Translations under genes and position numbers: made by a program
The notes under the pieces: model-generated
What the model saw: only the letters and a program-made list of their open reading frames with translations
What the model was told of the DNA's origin: nothing
Database searches by the model: none
Assembly (NCBI GenBank): GCA_036384955.1
Contig: DASVLI010000189.1
Coordinates: forward strand, 6,813-70,812
DNA length: 64,000 nucleotides
Reading direction: 5' to 3'
Source: Terracidiphilus sp.
Lineage (GTDB): Bacteria; Acidobacteriota; Terriglobia; Terriglobales; Acidobacteriaceae
In this document: one piece after another, positions 8,439-18,497 of the stretch
Layout: each line of letters begins with the position of its first letter
Position numbering within the stretch: the stretch's first letter is position 1

Positions 8439-11400
8439 ATGGCGGAGCGCACTTGCTGGTTGCGGTGTGCCGCGGCGGTCCTGATGGCTGCCGCGACGGC
8501 GCAGGCTTGCGCCCAGACGGCTCCGGGCTCGCTCACCGGCAGACTCACCGACGCCCAGGCGCATCCGCTGGCCGGGGCCACGGTCACCGTCCGCAATCGA
8601 CAGACCGGCCAGGTTTTTGTCAGCACCGCCTCGCGCAATGGCAGCTACGAGTTCACCGGCCTTGGGCCGGGCGAGTACACGCTGGAGGTACACACCCCCA
8701 CGAACACGCACGGCCAGGTGGAAGGCATCGTGGTGAATGCCGGCTACACGGCGCGCGTTTCCGTGCAGCTGGAATTGGGCTCGGCCGTCATGGCGGAGGC
8801 TGCGGCGGCGTGGAAGCCAGCCGAAGCTGACAGGCCCGTGCTTGAGCCGGCTGCGGAGAGGCTGTCGGTGGCTCTCACTCCGGGCGAGTTGAACAGCGGG
8901 CCGATGAATGCGCACCCTACCCCCGAAGCTCAGCGCAAATCGCTTGAAGGAATCACGCACAAGCCCGCGATGGAGCTGCTGCGCGATTCCGTGCCAGCCA
9001 CCTCCTTCGAGCCTCACGCTCCGCGGCAAGCGGAGCTGCTGTCTGCGCCTGTCCCGTCAAAACCGCTGCTGGCCTCGTCGCCTGCCGCGCCGCTCGTGCT
9101 TCCACGGGCGAGCATTGACACCGAAATCGCGGCGCTCGTCGCGGAGCTGCCGTTCGAGCGGCCGGCACGCATTGAGCCCGCAATGCGCGCCGTGGCTGCC
9201 GCATCGCCTGCGGCTTTGCCCAGCGCCGCACTGCCCAGCCGCATGGTGCTGGCCAGTCCTCTTATGGTTCGCGTTGCCATTGGAGCAGCGCGCACGGCAT
9301 TGCATCTCGGCATCATTCCACCAAGCTCTTTGCTGGCCGCCAGCCGCGCCGGAGTTGCCGATCAGCCGCTGCCGGGCGAAATTAGCGCGGAGCAGTTGGC
9401 TCTGCTGCCGCTGCCCAATCGCAACTGGGCCGGGCTGCTTACCGGCGACGATCCGGATGCCGCGGGCCTTGCTCCGCAGGATCGCGCGGCCTTCACGGGC
9501 GTACGGTCCGGGGGCATAGCCGTGAATGGAAGCCGTACACGCCTGTCCTTTGGCGCAGGCGCGGGTTGGAACCGCCGCGATGCCATGCTGCAAGGGCCGG
9601 TGCTGCCGGAGTCGGCTATTCGCGCGGTCGGCCAGGTTACTGCGCAGGACAATTTCGGCAACTGGCGCTTTGCCGAAAGCGGCTTGCGCGTGCGCACGCA
9701 GCAGGGCGGCGCGGGGTTGCACGGGCAGCTTTCGCTCTTCAACCGCCAGAACCTCTGGAATGCGCAAAACCCCTTCTCAGAGTGGGTGCGGGAGACCGCG
9801 CCCGCTTCAGGCTGGGATCTGCCGGTCTTCAGCGGCATTCCCTATACGCCTGCCGACCGGCTGCTGCGCGGCGAGGCCGGAGTGGGCAGCCGGCTGCGTT
9901 ATGGCCGCGTGGGCTGGTATGCGGCCGTCGAGGACACGGAGCGCAACTACCCGGTCGTCGCCACGGCACGCCATCCGGAGAATTTTTTTGCGCAGCCTTC
10001 GAACGATCAGCTGCAGGTGCTGGCGGCGCGGCTGCGGCTGCCCAGCACGGACCCCATCGCCGAAGCGGCCCAAGCCTACACGTCTATGCTCGAATCACTG
10101 AACGCCTTGATGGGACCGGCTGCGCGCATCTCTTCGCGCCTCTCCGGCTATGGCCGCATCGACTGGCGGCTAACCGAGCGGCAACAGCTTACGGTCCAGG
10201 CTTCTGCCGGTCTGTGGAACTCGCCCGGTGGAGGATTCAGCCGCGCTGAGGCAAATTACGGAACGCACAGCCTGGGCTCCAACCGCGGTGCGGATACCTG
10301 GATTGCCGGCCACTGGCAGGCGTTTGTCACGCCCAACCTGATGAGCGCGACTCAGGTGCAGATGCGCCGCTACCGTCATAGCGCGCCGGCCAGCTCGCCT
10401 TCCGATTTCGAGCAGGCCTTCAACATCAACTCCTGGGGTCAGCTTCCGCAGATGGTCGTCGACTCGCGCTACGGTTTTACAATCGGCAATCCCGCGCGCT
10501 TCGGCCCCGGCAACGAGCCGGACGAGATGCTGGTCGGCGTGGGCCAGCGCATTGAGTGGCAGCGCGGTCATACATTCCTTCTGGCCGGCTTTGAGTTGAA
10601 CCACGACCGCGACGGCGACAGCATGCTGCGCAATCGCACCGGCACGTACCACTACTCCAACGTCGAAAATTTCGTCTCCGACGCGCTGGCATTTCTCAAG
10701 TACGGCATCGCGGGGCAACTCAACCCCATTGCCCAGCACAACTGCGACGAGACCGGCCGCGTGTGGCGCACCACGACCGGTGAGCTGCACGGCCTGGGGT
10801 CGCTGCCATGCTACAGCTACTACTCGCAGACGCTGGGGCCGTCGAACTGGTGGGTGAGCAGCAATGAGTTCGCAGGCTATGGCGCCGCGCGCTGGCAGCC
10901 CATGCGGCGGATGAATCTGACTGCGCAGATGCGCTGGCAGATGCAGCAATTGCCGCAGCCAATCGATAGCCTGATGAACCCCGATTTGCCGCTCACGCAG
11001 CGCCTGCCGCGCACCGGCAGCGAGTGGGCGCCGGGCGTCAGCCTTTCCTGGGGCTCAGGCGAAAGCCGCCTGCCGGTTCTTCATGCCGGCTACAGCATGT
11101 TCTACGGACGCATTCCCAATGCAAACCTGCTTGACGCGCTCACCGAGACGGGCTCATCCAACGGTGATCAGCAGCTTCGCATGCGGCCCACCGACAATCT
11201 CAAACTCGGTGGCGCTCCGCCCTTCCCGTATGTGCTGGCTGGCTCGCCTGGCAGTGTCGTTAAGCCCGGCGCAGTCGAGTTTGCGCAGGAATATAAAAAC
11301 AGCGAAGTGCATGAGGCCGCCGTCTCGCTGGAGCAGACGCTGCCGGGGCGCATTCACATCGAGGCTGCTGCAGCCGTCACGCTGGGCCGCCGCTTGCCTA

Positions 11401-12341
11401 TTACTGAAGACGTCAACTTCAACCCCGACGTGAATCCTAAAACCATTACCTACGCGGTGGTTGACGGCAACGGTTCGGGGCCAATCAAGTCGCCTACGGT
11501 TACCGTTCCGTTCTACGCTGACTGGCCTTCAGCGCTTTCGCAGTCTGGTTTTGACGGCCACGCCAATGCGAATTATCAGCAGCTGGTCGAGCTCTTCAGC
11601 CGCGCCAACTCCAAGTGGGAGGCAGCCTCGTTGCAGGTGACGCGCAACGGCCGCGCCTTCACGCTGCACGCGCGCTACACTTACGCCCACGCCATGGATT
11701 GGAACCCGCTGGGGTCGGGCCTTGTCTCCAGCATCACGGTTTTAGATCCATCCGACTTCACGCAGGAGTACGGCGCCAGCGATCTGGATGTGCGCCACAC
11801 GGCAACCGGATTTCTGATGATGCGCACTCCACGAAAGCTGCACGGATTTGCCGCGCACATCGCCAACAACTGGACGCTCGCCGCCACGGGGACCTATCGC
11901 AGCGGCCTGCCCTATTCCATGCATACGGCCGGCAGCATTCCGCGTGAGTACCTCACGAACGGCACGGCCATCATCGGCTTTGCCACAGGCATGAACGGCT
12001 ACGGAGGCGAAAATCGCGTCTACGGCATAGGCCGCAACACTTTCCGCTATGCGCCAACCTGGAAGGCGGACCTTCGCCTGACCCGCGACTTCGACCTGGG
12101 CCCCATGCGCCGTTTGCAGCTGATGGCCGAGAGCTTCAACCTCTTCAATCATCGCAACGTTACGGAGATTGAAACGGTCGGCTACACCATGCAGGCGGGC
12201 ACGCCTGCCTCGCTGCCCGCGCTCACATTTCTTACCGGCCTGAAGGATGGACAGGTTGAATTCGGCCAGCCGCTGAACGTGAACGCAACCGATTTTTATC
12301 GTCCGCGCCAAATTCAGTTCGGACTGCGCTTCGTGTTTTAG
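8439..12341 (+). CDS. TonB-dependent receptor-like outer membrane protein with an N-terminal CarboxypepD_reg domain and a long Ala/Pro-rich insert
   Basis: Signal peptide MAERTCWLRCAAAVLMAAATAQACAQ. Carboxypeptidase-regulatory-like fold (GATVTVRNRQTGQVFVSTASRNGSYEFTGLGPGEYTLEV). C-terminal barrel ends ...QIQFGLRFVF. The start was chosen at the ATG at 8439. Confidence 0.85.
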   Translation: MAERTCWLRCAAAVLMAAATAQACAQTAPGSLTGRLTDAQAHPLAGATVTVRNRQTGQVFVSTASRNGSYEFTGLGPGEYTLEVHTPTNTHGQVEGIVVNAGYTARVSVQLELGSAVMAEAAAAWKPAEADRPVLEPAAERLSVALTPGELNSGPMNAHPTPEAQRKSLEGITHKPAMELLRDSVPATSFEPHAPRQAELLSAPVPSKPLLASSPAAPLVLPRASIDTEIAALVAELPFERPARIEPAMRAVAAASPAALPSAALPSRMVLASPLMVRVAIGAARTALHLGIIPPSSLLAASRAGVADQPLPGEISAEQLALLPLPNRNWAGLLTGDDPDAAGLAPQDRAAFTGVRSGGIAVNGSRTRLSFGAGAGWNRRDAMLQGPVLPESAIRAVGQVTAQDNFGNWRFAESGLRVRTQQGGAGLHGQLSLFNRQNLWNAQNPFSEWVRETAPASGWDLPVFSGIPYTPADRLLRGEAGVGSRLRYGRVGWYAAVEDTERNYPVVATARHPENFFAQPSNDQLQVLAARLRLPSTDPIAEAAQAYTSMLESLNALMGPAARISSRLSGYGRIDWRLTERQQLTVQASAGLWNSPGGGFSRAEANYGTHSLGSNRGADTWIAGHWQAFVTPNLMSATQVQMRRYRHSAPASSPSDFEQAFNINSWGQLPQMVVDSRYGFTIGNPARFGPGNEPDEMLVGVGQRIEWQRGHTFLLAGFELNHDRDGDSMLRNRTGTYHYSNVENFVSDALAFLKYGIAGQLNPIAQHNCDETGRVWRTTTGELHGLGSLPCYSYYSQTLGPSNWWVSSNEFAGYGAARWQPMRRMNLTAQMRWQMQQLPQPIDSLMNPDLPLTQRLPRTGSEWAPGVSLSWGSGESRLPVLHAGYSMFYGRIPNANLLDALTETGSSNGDQQLRMRPTDNLKLGGAPPFPYVLAGSPGSVVKPGAVEFAQEYKNSEVHEAAVSLEQTLPGRIHIEAAAAVTLGRRLPITEDVNFNPDVNPKTITYAVVDGNGSGPIKSPTVTVPFYADWPSALSQSGFDGHANANYQQLVELFSRANSKWEAASLQVTRNGRAFTLHARYTYAHAMDWNPLGSGLVSSITVLDPSDFTQEYGASDLDVRHTATGFLMMRTPRKLHGFAAHIANNWTLAATGTYRSGLPYSMHTAGSIPREYLTNGTAIIGFATGMNGYGGENRVYGIGRNTFRYAPTWKADLRLTRDFDLGPMRRLQLMAESFNLFNHRNVTEIETVGYTMQAGTPASLPALTFLTGLKDGQVEFGQPLNVNATDFYRPRQIQFGLRFVF

Positions 12342-15076
12342 CGCAGCTCGCTCATGCCGCACAGCGGCTCGGCCTGCACATCGTTTTCGCGCAGGGCAAA
12401 GCACACCGCGCCCTGAATGTCGGTGCTGTAGGTGCGCACGTGCGCCGTCTGTAGCTCTTCCAGAATTTCCTGCCGCGGATGCCCGAAGCGATTGCGCAGC
12501 CCGCATGAAATCACCGCCCACTGCGGCGAGACCGCGGCCAGAAACTCTGGCGTCGTCGAGGTTTTGCTGCCGTGATGTCCAACCTTCAGCAGCGTGCTTT
12601 GCAGGCCGGTTTCGCCCAGCATGGCATGCTCCACGCCGGCTTCCGCGTCGCCCTCCAGCAGCACCGAGGAACGGCCCACAGCAACGCGCAACACCAGCGA
12701 ATCGTTGTTCGCCGGCGCGGAGCCGGGCTGATAGCCGGAAGCCGGCGCAAATACCTGCACGGCCGCATCGCCCAGTGTCAGCGCGTCGCCCGCTCGCAGT
12801 GTGCGCTGCGCAATGTGCAGACGCGCGGCTTCATCGAGCAGTTGCTCATAGGCGGGAACGGCCGGATTGCTGCCGACCCACAGTACCCGCGGGCGAAAAT
12901 TCTCGAGCACCGCCGGCATGCCGCCCATGTGGTCAGAGTGCGCATGCGTAAGTGCCACTGCATCCAGCCGGCGAATGCCCCGCGCCCACAACGCCGCAGA
13001 AACCACATCCTCTCCAAAGGCATGCAGCACGTCGGCAGAAGCATAGCCGCCACCAATGCCGCCGGCGTCCACTAACAGCGTTTTGCCGTCGGGAGTGATG
13101 ACCAGAATCGAATCTCCCTGACCGACATCGAGCGCTTCCACCAACAGCGCGTCGTGCGGATGCTCCAGCGGCCGTGGAATCACGACCGCCACCGCCGCCA
13201 GCAGCAACGCGACCCATGCCGCGCGCCGCTCCGCGCGCTTGCCCGCCGCCAGCGCTACAGCAGCAGCCAGCAGAGCGCAGAACGCGCCCATCTGCCATGC
13301 CAGTGGGCCGGGCATGCGTAAATCGCCCAGCGAAAAACCGCCAAATAAATGCACCATGTCCACGCCGGCGTGCAGCAGCAGCGCGGTGGCGGCCGCCGGA
13401 ACAACCGCGGCCGCGGGCCAAATCACGAGCAGCGCAAGCATCAGCAGCGCTACCGGCAGCAATATGGAAAGCAGAGGCAGAATCAGCAGATTCACCGGCA
13501 ACGCAAACACAGTAATGCGATGGAAGTAGATGGCCATCGGCAGACTCATTGCCAGTTCCACCACCAACGACACCACCACCAGCTCCACGCAACGCAGCGC
13601 GAAGCGCAGAGTCCACGGAAGAACATTCCATCCGCATCCGCGGAAGAATATCCGCTCCATGCGCTCGGCAACGATGCGCAGCATCACGCGGAAGGCCGCG
13701 TATTTTGGCTCTGCCTTGATGTCGATGGCCACTTCGCGCAACTCGCGTGTGGCGCGCAGCCATGGGTGCACGCTATGCGCCAGCAGCGGAGCGGCAACGC
13801 CGGCAATGGACACCACGGCCAGCGCCGTCATCTGAAATCCTGAGTCGAACAGCACGCGTGGGCTTGCCGCCAGCAGGCACAGCACGGCAAATCCAATCAC
13901 GTTCAGCGGATTGCGCCTGCGGTCGAAGAGCCGGCCGACCAGATACAGCGCCACCATCCAGAACGAACGCTCCACCGGCGCGGCAAAGCCCGTGAGCAGC
14001 GCGTAGGCAAACGAGCCTGCCAGCGTGAGCAGCGTGGCGGGCACATGCGGCACGCGCGCCTTCCTTGCCAACCACATCAGGCATGCGGCCACCACCGCCA
14101 GATGAAAGCCCGCAACCACGAGCATGTGGAACGATCCGGTCCGCTCAAAGCCCGCGCGCAGTGTGCGTGTCAGCCAGGTGCGGTCGCCGGTCACCATCGC
14201 GGCCAGCATCACCGCATCGTCGGGACCGATGCGCAAAGCTGCCGGCCAGCCTTGCATCGCCGCCGGCAGTGCAAGAATGCGCGCGCTCATGTTGTGTTGC
14301 AGCGCTGCAGTCCAGCACGCAGCCTGCTGCCGCCGCTCCTCCCATGTGTGCGCACTTTCGCGCGGCAGAACCTCAACGCGCTCGGGCCGCGCTGTCGCCA
14401 TCGAAGTCATGCCCTGGTCGAGCAGGTAGTCCGCGCGGCTCCACACACCGGCGTCGCGAAACTGCTCCGGCGGGTGAAGCTGCACCAGCGCGCGCACGCG
14501 GTCGCCGCAATGCACTATCGGCGCGGCCGCTGCATCCGCGGGCCAGCGCAGGGTCAGCCGCACTCCGCCGGCTGCGGGCTGCTGCTCATCGCGCGTGTCA
14601 TCCACCACTTCAATGGACGAGACACGCACATCGACGCGCTGCGAAGCGCCTTCGTCACCAGGCGCGTCGGCGTTTGCCACGCTTTGGTCGCGGATGGGCC
14701 CCGCATCGATCACAGTCCCTTCGACGGCGCGCAGCAACCCATCGGAGAGCGCGGCAATCTGCGGCGCAGGAGCCGGCTGCGGCTGCATCTCCGCACACCA
14801 CGCGCCCAGCATGAGCCACAGCACAGTCAGCGGCGCCCACAGAATGCGTTGTGTTCTGAAAGCCGTGATGCAGCTGAGCGCTGCCAGAGGCGCCATAGCC
14901 ACCAGCAGCAGGCTTGGCCGAAACCAGATGAAATGCGCCAGCGCAATTCCGCACGCAAAAAGCCAGGCCGCATGGAACAGCGGCGTCAGGCCGGAGCGGA
15001 TGCCGAGTGCATCCGGGTCGGAGCCGGGCTTGACGGGCCAGGGAGTCTCCAGCGGCTTCTTCATGCGCACCGCCAT
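12338..15076 (-). CDS. comEC: DNA internalization competence protein ComEC/Rec2 with a metallo-beta-lactamase domain
   Basis: Polytopic membrane core plus ALDVGQGDSILVITPDGKTLLVDAGG, THAHSDHMGG and KVGHHGSKTS. Its stop codon overlaps the stop of the convergent receptor gene. Confidence 0.9.
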   Translation of the reverse strand: MAVRMKKPLETPWPVKPGSDPDALGIRSGLTPLFHAAWLFACGIALAHFIWFRPSLLLVAMAPLAALSCITAFRTQRILWAPLTVLWLMLGAWCAEMQPQPAPAPQIAALSDGLLRAVEGTVIDAGPIRDQSVANADAPGDEGASQRVDVRVSSIEVVDDTRDEQQPAAGGVRLTLRWPADAAAAPIVHCGDRVRALVQLHPPEQFRDAGVWSRADYLLDQGMTSMATARPERVEVLPRESAHTWEERRQQAACWTAALQHNMSARILALPAAMQGWPAALRIGPDDAVMLAAMVTGDRTWLTRTLRAGFERTGSFHMLVVAGFHLAVVAACLMWLARKARVPHVPATLLTLAGSFAYALLTGFAAPVERSFWMVALYLVGRLFDRRRNPLNVIGFAVLCLLAASPRVLFDSGFQMTALAVVSIAGVAAPLLAHSVHPWLRATRELREVAIDIKAEPKYAAFRVMLRIVAERMERIFFRGCGWNVLPWTLRFALRCVELVVVSLVVELAMSLPMAIYFHRITVFALPVNLLILPLLSILLPVALLMLALLVIWPAAAVVPAAATALLLHAGVDMVHLFGGFSLGDLRMPGPLAWQMGAFCALLAAAVALAAGKRAERRAAWVALLLAAVAVVIPRPLEHPHDALLVEALDVGQGDSILVITPDGKTLLVDAGGIGGGYASADVLHAFGEDVVSAALWARGIRRLDAVALTHAHSDHMGGMPAVLENFRPRVLWVGSNPAVPAYEQLLDEAARLHIAQRTLRAGDALTLGDAAVQVFAPASGYQPGSAPANNDSLVLRVAVGRSSVLLEGDAEAGVEHAMLGETGLQSTLLKVGHHGSKTSTTPEFLAAVSPQWAVISCGLRNRFGHPRQEILEELQTAHVRTYSTDIQGAVCFALRENDVQAEPLCGMSELR

Positions 15077-15148
15077 TGTGCATGAAGTCCGCGCGGCACG
15101 CCATGTGTTTTGGCACTTGGCGCATTACGCTCGCGCGTGCCTCGTTTC

Positions 15149-16435
15149 CTAGGCCAGGCGCAGATGCACGATGGTTTCCAGGTGGAAGGTCTGCGGGAAG
15201 AGGTCGGCCAGTGTGACCGATGCAATGCTGTAACCGGAAGCGGTGAGCGTACGCAGATCGCGCGCCAGCGTTGCCGGGTCGCACGAGACATAAGCGATGG
15301 CCGGCGCACGCAGCGCGCCAAGCAGCGATGTCACCTCCGCGCCAAGCCCGGTGCGCGGCGGGTCTACCACCACAAGGTCGGGCTTTGGTTGCGTCGTTCT
15401 GCGCAAATAGGCAAGCGTCTCTGCCCGCACGGCCTCGCCGGCGGTCGCACGCAGATTGTGCGCGAGCGGCGCCAGCGCGGGCGGCGCGGACTCAACCGCA
15501 ATCACGCGCTCGAACGATGCGCCAAGTTTGCGCGCAAAGAGTCCCACACCGGCATACAGATCCCACGCAAGCTTGCCGCTGGCGCCGGCCGTCACCGCAT
15601 CCACCAGCGGATCCACCAGCCAGCGATTCACCTGGAAGAACGCGCCGTGGTCCACGCGATACTGCGCGCCTGCGGCGCTGTACGCAAGTGAGTCTTCACC
15701 CCAGGTGGTCAGCGTGCGCGCAGGTTTGCCGTTGCGGCCCGGCTGCACAAACTGCACACCGGCCAATTGCGGAATCTGCTGCGCCCACGCGGCTGCCAGA
15801 GCCTGCAGGCGCTTTGCATCGCCGCTGCGCAATTCCACGGTCGCAAGCAATGCGCTCTCCTCCGCGTTGCAAAAGAGCGAAACTTCATGGAGTGGCAACT
15901 TTGCGGCGCCTGCATGAGCGAGCTGCGCCAACTGCATTGCGGCGTGCACCAGCAACGGCGCAGCGATGGGGCATTCAGCAATCGCCACAATGCCATGCGA
16001 GCGGCGTCCGCGATAGCCGAGCCTTCCCTGCGTGTCGAATGCCAGCCGAATGCGATTGCGATACGCCCACGGCTCGGCGGAGAGTACGGCAATTTCGTCC
16101 GGAGCGTGCACTCCGGCGCGTTCCAGCGTTTCACGCAGAATGGTTTGCTTAATGCCAAGCTGCTGCGCATAGCCGGTGTGCTGATAGTTGCATCCGCCGC
16201 ACGCGCCAAAGTGCGGACAGGCGGGAGCGATGCGTTCCGGCGACGCGGCGACAATCTCTTCAATTTCCGCGCTGGCATAGCCACGCTTGTCGTCGACGAT
16301 GCGCACGCGCGCCTGCTCGCCGGCCAGTGCCAGCGGCACAAAAATAGCTTTGCCCTCCACGCGCGCCAAGAATGCGCCGCCGTAAACGGGCTTCTCAATC
16401 TGCACCAGCAGCGAGTCTGTGTGCGGTGTGGTCAT
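15149..16435 (-). CDS. rlmD: 23S rRNA (uracil-5-)-methyltransferase, RumA/RlmD-type (TRAM + 4Fe-4S + SAM MTase)
   Basis: Cys cluster CPHFGACGGCNYQH, SAM motif DLYAGVGLF, and C-terminal YVSCDPATLARD. Confidence 0.85.
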   Translation of the reverse strand: MTTPHTDSLLVQIEKPVYGGAFLARVEGKAIFVPLALAGEQARVRIVDDKRGYASAEIEEIVAASPERIAPACPHFGACGGCNYQHTGYAQQLGIKQTILRETLERAGVHAPDEIAVLSAEPWAYRNRIRLAFDTQGRLGYRGRRSHGIVAIAECPIAAPLLVHAAMQLAQLAHAGAAKLPLHEVSLFCNAEESALLATVELRSGDAKRLQALAAAWAQQIPQLAGVQFVQPGRNGKPARTLTTWGEDSLAYSAAGAQYRVDHGAFFQVNRWLVDPLVDAVTAGASGKLAWDLYAGVGLFARKLGASFERVIAVESAPPALAPLAHNLRATAGEAVRAETLAYLRRTTQPKPDLVVVDPPRTGLGAEVTSLLGALRAPAIAYVSCDPATLARDLRTLTASGYSIASVTLADLFPQTFHLETIVHLRLA

Positions 16436-17136
16436 TGCTGGCTCATGTAGAACAGGCTCAGGCGTGGCAGGTCGTAGTGCACCAGCAGTTGCTTTTGTAC
16501 GAATTGCCGCTCCACCTGGCGCAGTTGCACCACGCCCATGCGGGCCTTGTACGGCGCAAGTTCGCGTGCGGCGTGCGACTTCAGGTTTACCAGCAGCTCT
16601 TCCGGCGCGGCGGCGGTGAGTGTGGCGAATAGCTTGTCTTCCAGCACCGTCAATGTCCGCTCCAGCGCTTCCAGGTCGTGCGTGCCCTCGGCGTTGGCGC
16701 GCACATCGGCCGCCAGCGCCCGCAGCCGCGCGGCGGTGGCTCCGCAGGCTTCGGGCGCAATCTTCGCTGCCTCCAGCGCGGCGGCGGTTGCCTCAAGATG
16801 CGCCGCTACGCGCTCGTGCTCAAAGCCGGAGTCGCTTTCTTTGCCTTCCGCGGGCGCAGCGCCAGCCGAGGCCTCACGCAACTGCTCAGAGGCTTCCATC
16901 ACCGCCTGCGCGCACCAGGCCAGTCCGTTCACGCGGCGCATGCGGGCTTTCTGTTGCCGCGCTTCGTATTTGTCGAAGGCGGCATCAATGCCGCGCAGCA
17001 CGGCCTCCAGCGGAATGCCGGCCTCGCGCCAGGTCTCAATCAGCGCCCAGTCCAGCGTGGAGAGCAGCAGCAGCGCGCCGCGGCGCTGTTGAAAGCGCTC
17101 TTCGATCTCCGTGAAGTAGTTGAAGTAGTTGTGCAT
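16432..17136 (-). CDS. Conserved hypothetical protein, translationally coupled to rlmD
   Basis: 234-aa high-GC ORF with a 4-nt overlap with the rlmD start. The helical N-terminal motif FTEIEERFQQRRGALLLLSTLDWALIETWREAGIPL is not assignable by eye. Confidence 0.6.
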   Translation of the reverse strand: MHNYFNYFTEIEERFQQRRGALLLLSTLDWALIETWREAGIPLEAVLRGIDAAFDKYEARQQKARMRRVNGLAWCAQAVMEASEQLREASAGAAPAEGKESDSGFEHERVAAHLEATAAALEAAKIAPEACGATAARLRALAADVRANAEGTHDLEALERTLTVLEDKLFATLTAAAPEELLVNLKSHAARELAPYKARMGVVQLRQVERQFVQKQLLVHYDLPRLSLFYMSQQ

Positions 17137-17147
17137 CTGAAGATTCG

Positions 17148-17675
17148 CTATCGTTGAGCGCGGCGCGGAATTTTGAAAAGAGGACTTCGGAACGTCGTTG
17201 CCTGCTTTTTGTCTTTCATTGATTCAGCGGTCGGCCAAACTTCAAAACTGATCAGCAGTTTTTCTTGTGGGTGAACATCAAGCAGACCAAGATCTATTAC
17301 ATAAATAAACTTCATTTCACCGTCGCGTGCGACGGCTACCGGCTTCCAATACTCCTCGCTTTCGACTCCAAGGACTGCTGCGAGATGCCGTCGGACAGAA
17401 ACAGGCTTGTCGTTTCCACGACGTAACTGCGCTGTGCAGTGAACATATTCAGTGCCAGATTCATGGCAGTCTGGGATGATAACGGGCCTGTTGCCCGTTC
17501 GAAAAGTAACCTGAACTGACACAGCGTTGGGCTGCGTGGAGAGGATCCTCACTTTCACATCGTGCACGCCGACTGCTGTCTGGATTTGCGCAAATAGAGC
17601 ATTCGATAGACAGAGTAAGCAGACCGCAACTAGAAGAGCAGATAACCGTCTCGATGCTGCACGTGTGCAACGCAT
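17148..17675 (-). CDS. Hypothetical secreted protein (low-GC ORFan)
   Basis: Signal peptide MRCTRAASRRLSALLVAVCLLCLSNALFAQ. G+C is visibly lower than in the neighbours. No motif recognised. Confidence 0.5.
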   Translation of the reverse strand: MRCTRAASRRLSALLVAVCLLCLSNALFAQIQTAVGVHDVKVRILSTQPNAVSVQVTFRTGNRPVIIPDCHESGTEYVHCTAQLRRGNDKPVSVRRHLAAVLGVESEEYWKPVAVARDGEMKFIYVIDLGLLDVHPQEKLLISFEVWPTAESMKDKKQATTFRSPLFKIPRRAQR

Positions 17676-17684
17676 ATGCCTAGT

Positions 17685-18497
17685 TTAGTGCGCGCGGCTG
17701 CGTGAGCGTGCCGCGCGATTGCGCTCAAACAAAATCAGCAGGCCATCCAGCGTCAGCATGTCGTCAATTTCGGTGATGAAGCGCGACTCCGATGCGATTT
17801 GCCGCGCCAGCCCGCCCGTAGCCACCACAAGGGCTTGCGTGCCCAGCTCGCCAATCATGCGGTCCAGAATGCCATCCACCAGGCCGATGTAGCCGTAGTA
17901 GAGGCCGCTCTGAATGTGCGTGGCTGTGTTGGTGCCGATTACCTTGCTGGGCTTGCGCACATCCACACGGCCCAGCCGCGCGGCGCGCGTAAACAGCGCG
18001 TCTGCGCTGATACCGAGCCCTGGCGCAATGGCGCCTCCCAGGTACTCTCCCTTGGCCGAGACCACATCGAACGTAGTCGCCGTACCAAAGTCCACAATGA
18101 TGCAGGGGCCGCCGTAGCGCTCGAAAGCGGCGATGGCATTCACCAGCCGGTCCGCGCCCAACTCTACTGGATTGTCGACAAGCACCGGCATGCCGGTCTT
18201 GATGCCCGGCTCCACAAAGATGGGCTGAACGTTGAAATAGGTCTCGCACACCTGGCGCAGCGTACCTTCCACCGGCGGCACCACCGACGAGATGATGATG
18301 TGCTTTACCTGCGCCGGGGCCAGGCCTTTCATCTCGAACATCTTCACAAAGAAGACGCCGTACTCGTCCACGGTTTGGGTGCGATGCGTGGTGATGCGCC
18401 AGTGCGCGGCCAGCGTAGGCTTGTCGCCATCCAGGCTGTATAGACCCAGCACCGTGTTCGTGTTGCCTACATCCACTGCCAGCAGCATCTCGTTCAA
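17685..18497 (-). CDS. coaX: Type III pantothenate kinase
   Basis: LLAVDVGNTNTVLGLY and GTATTFD motifs. About 270 aa. Lies in the classic birA-coaX arrangement. Confidence 0.92.
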   Translation of the reverse strand: MNEMLLAVDVGNTNTVLGLYSLDGDKPTLAAHWRITTHRTQTVDEYGVFFVKMFEMKGLAPAQVKHIIISSVVPPVEGTLRQVCETYFNVQPIFVEPGIKTGMPVLVDNPVELGADRLVNAIAAFERYGGPCIIVDFGTATTFDVVSAKGEYLGGAIAPGLGISADALFTRAARLGRVDVRKPSKVIGTNTATHIQSGLYYGYIGLVDGILDRMIGELGTQALVVATGGLARQIASESRFITEIDDMLTLDGLLILFERNRAARSRSRAH

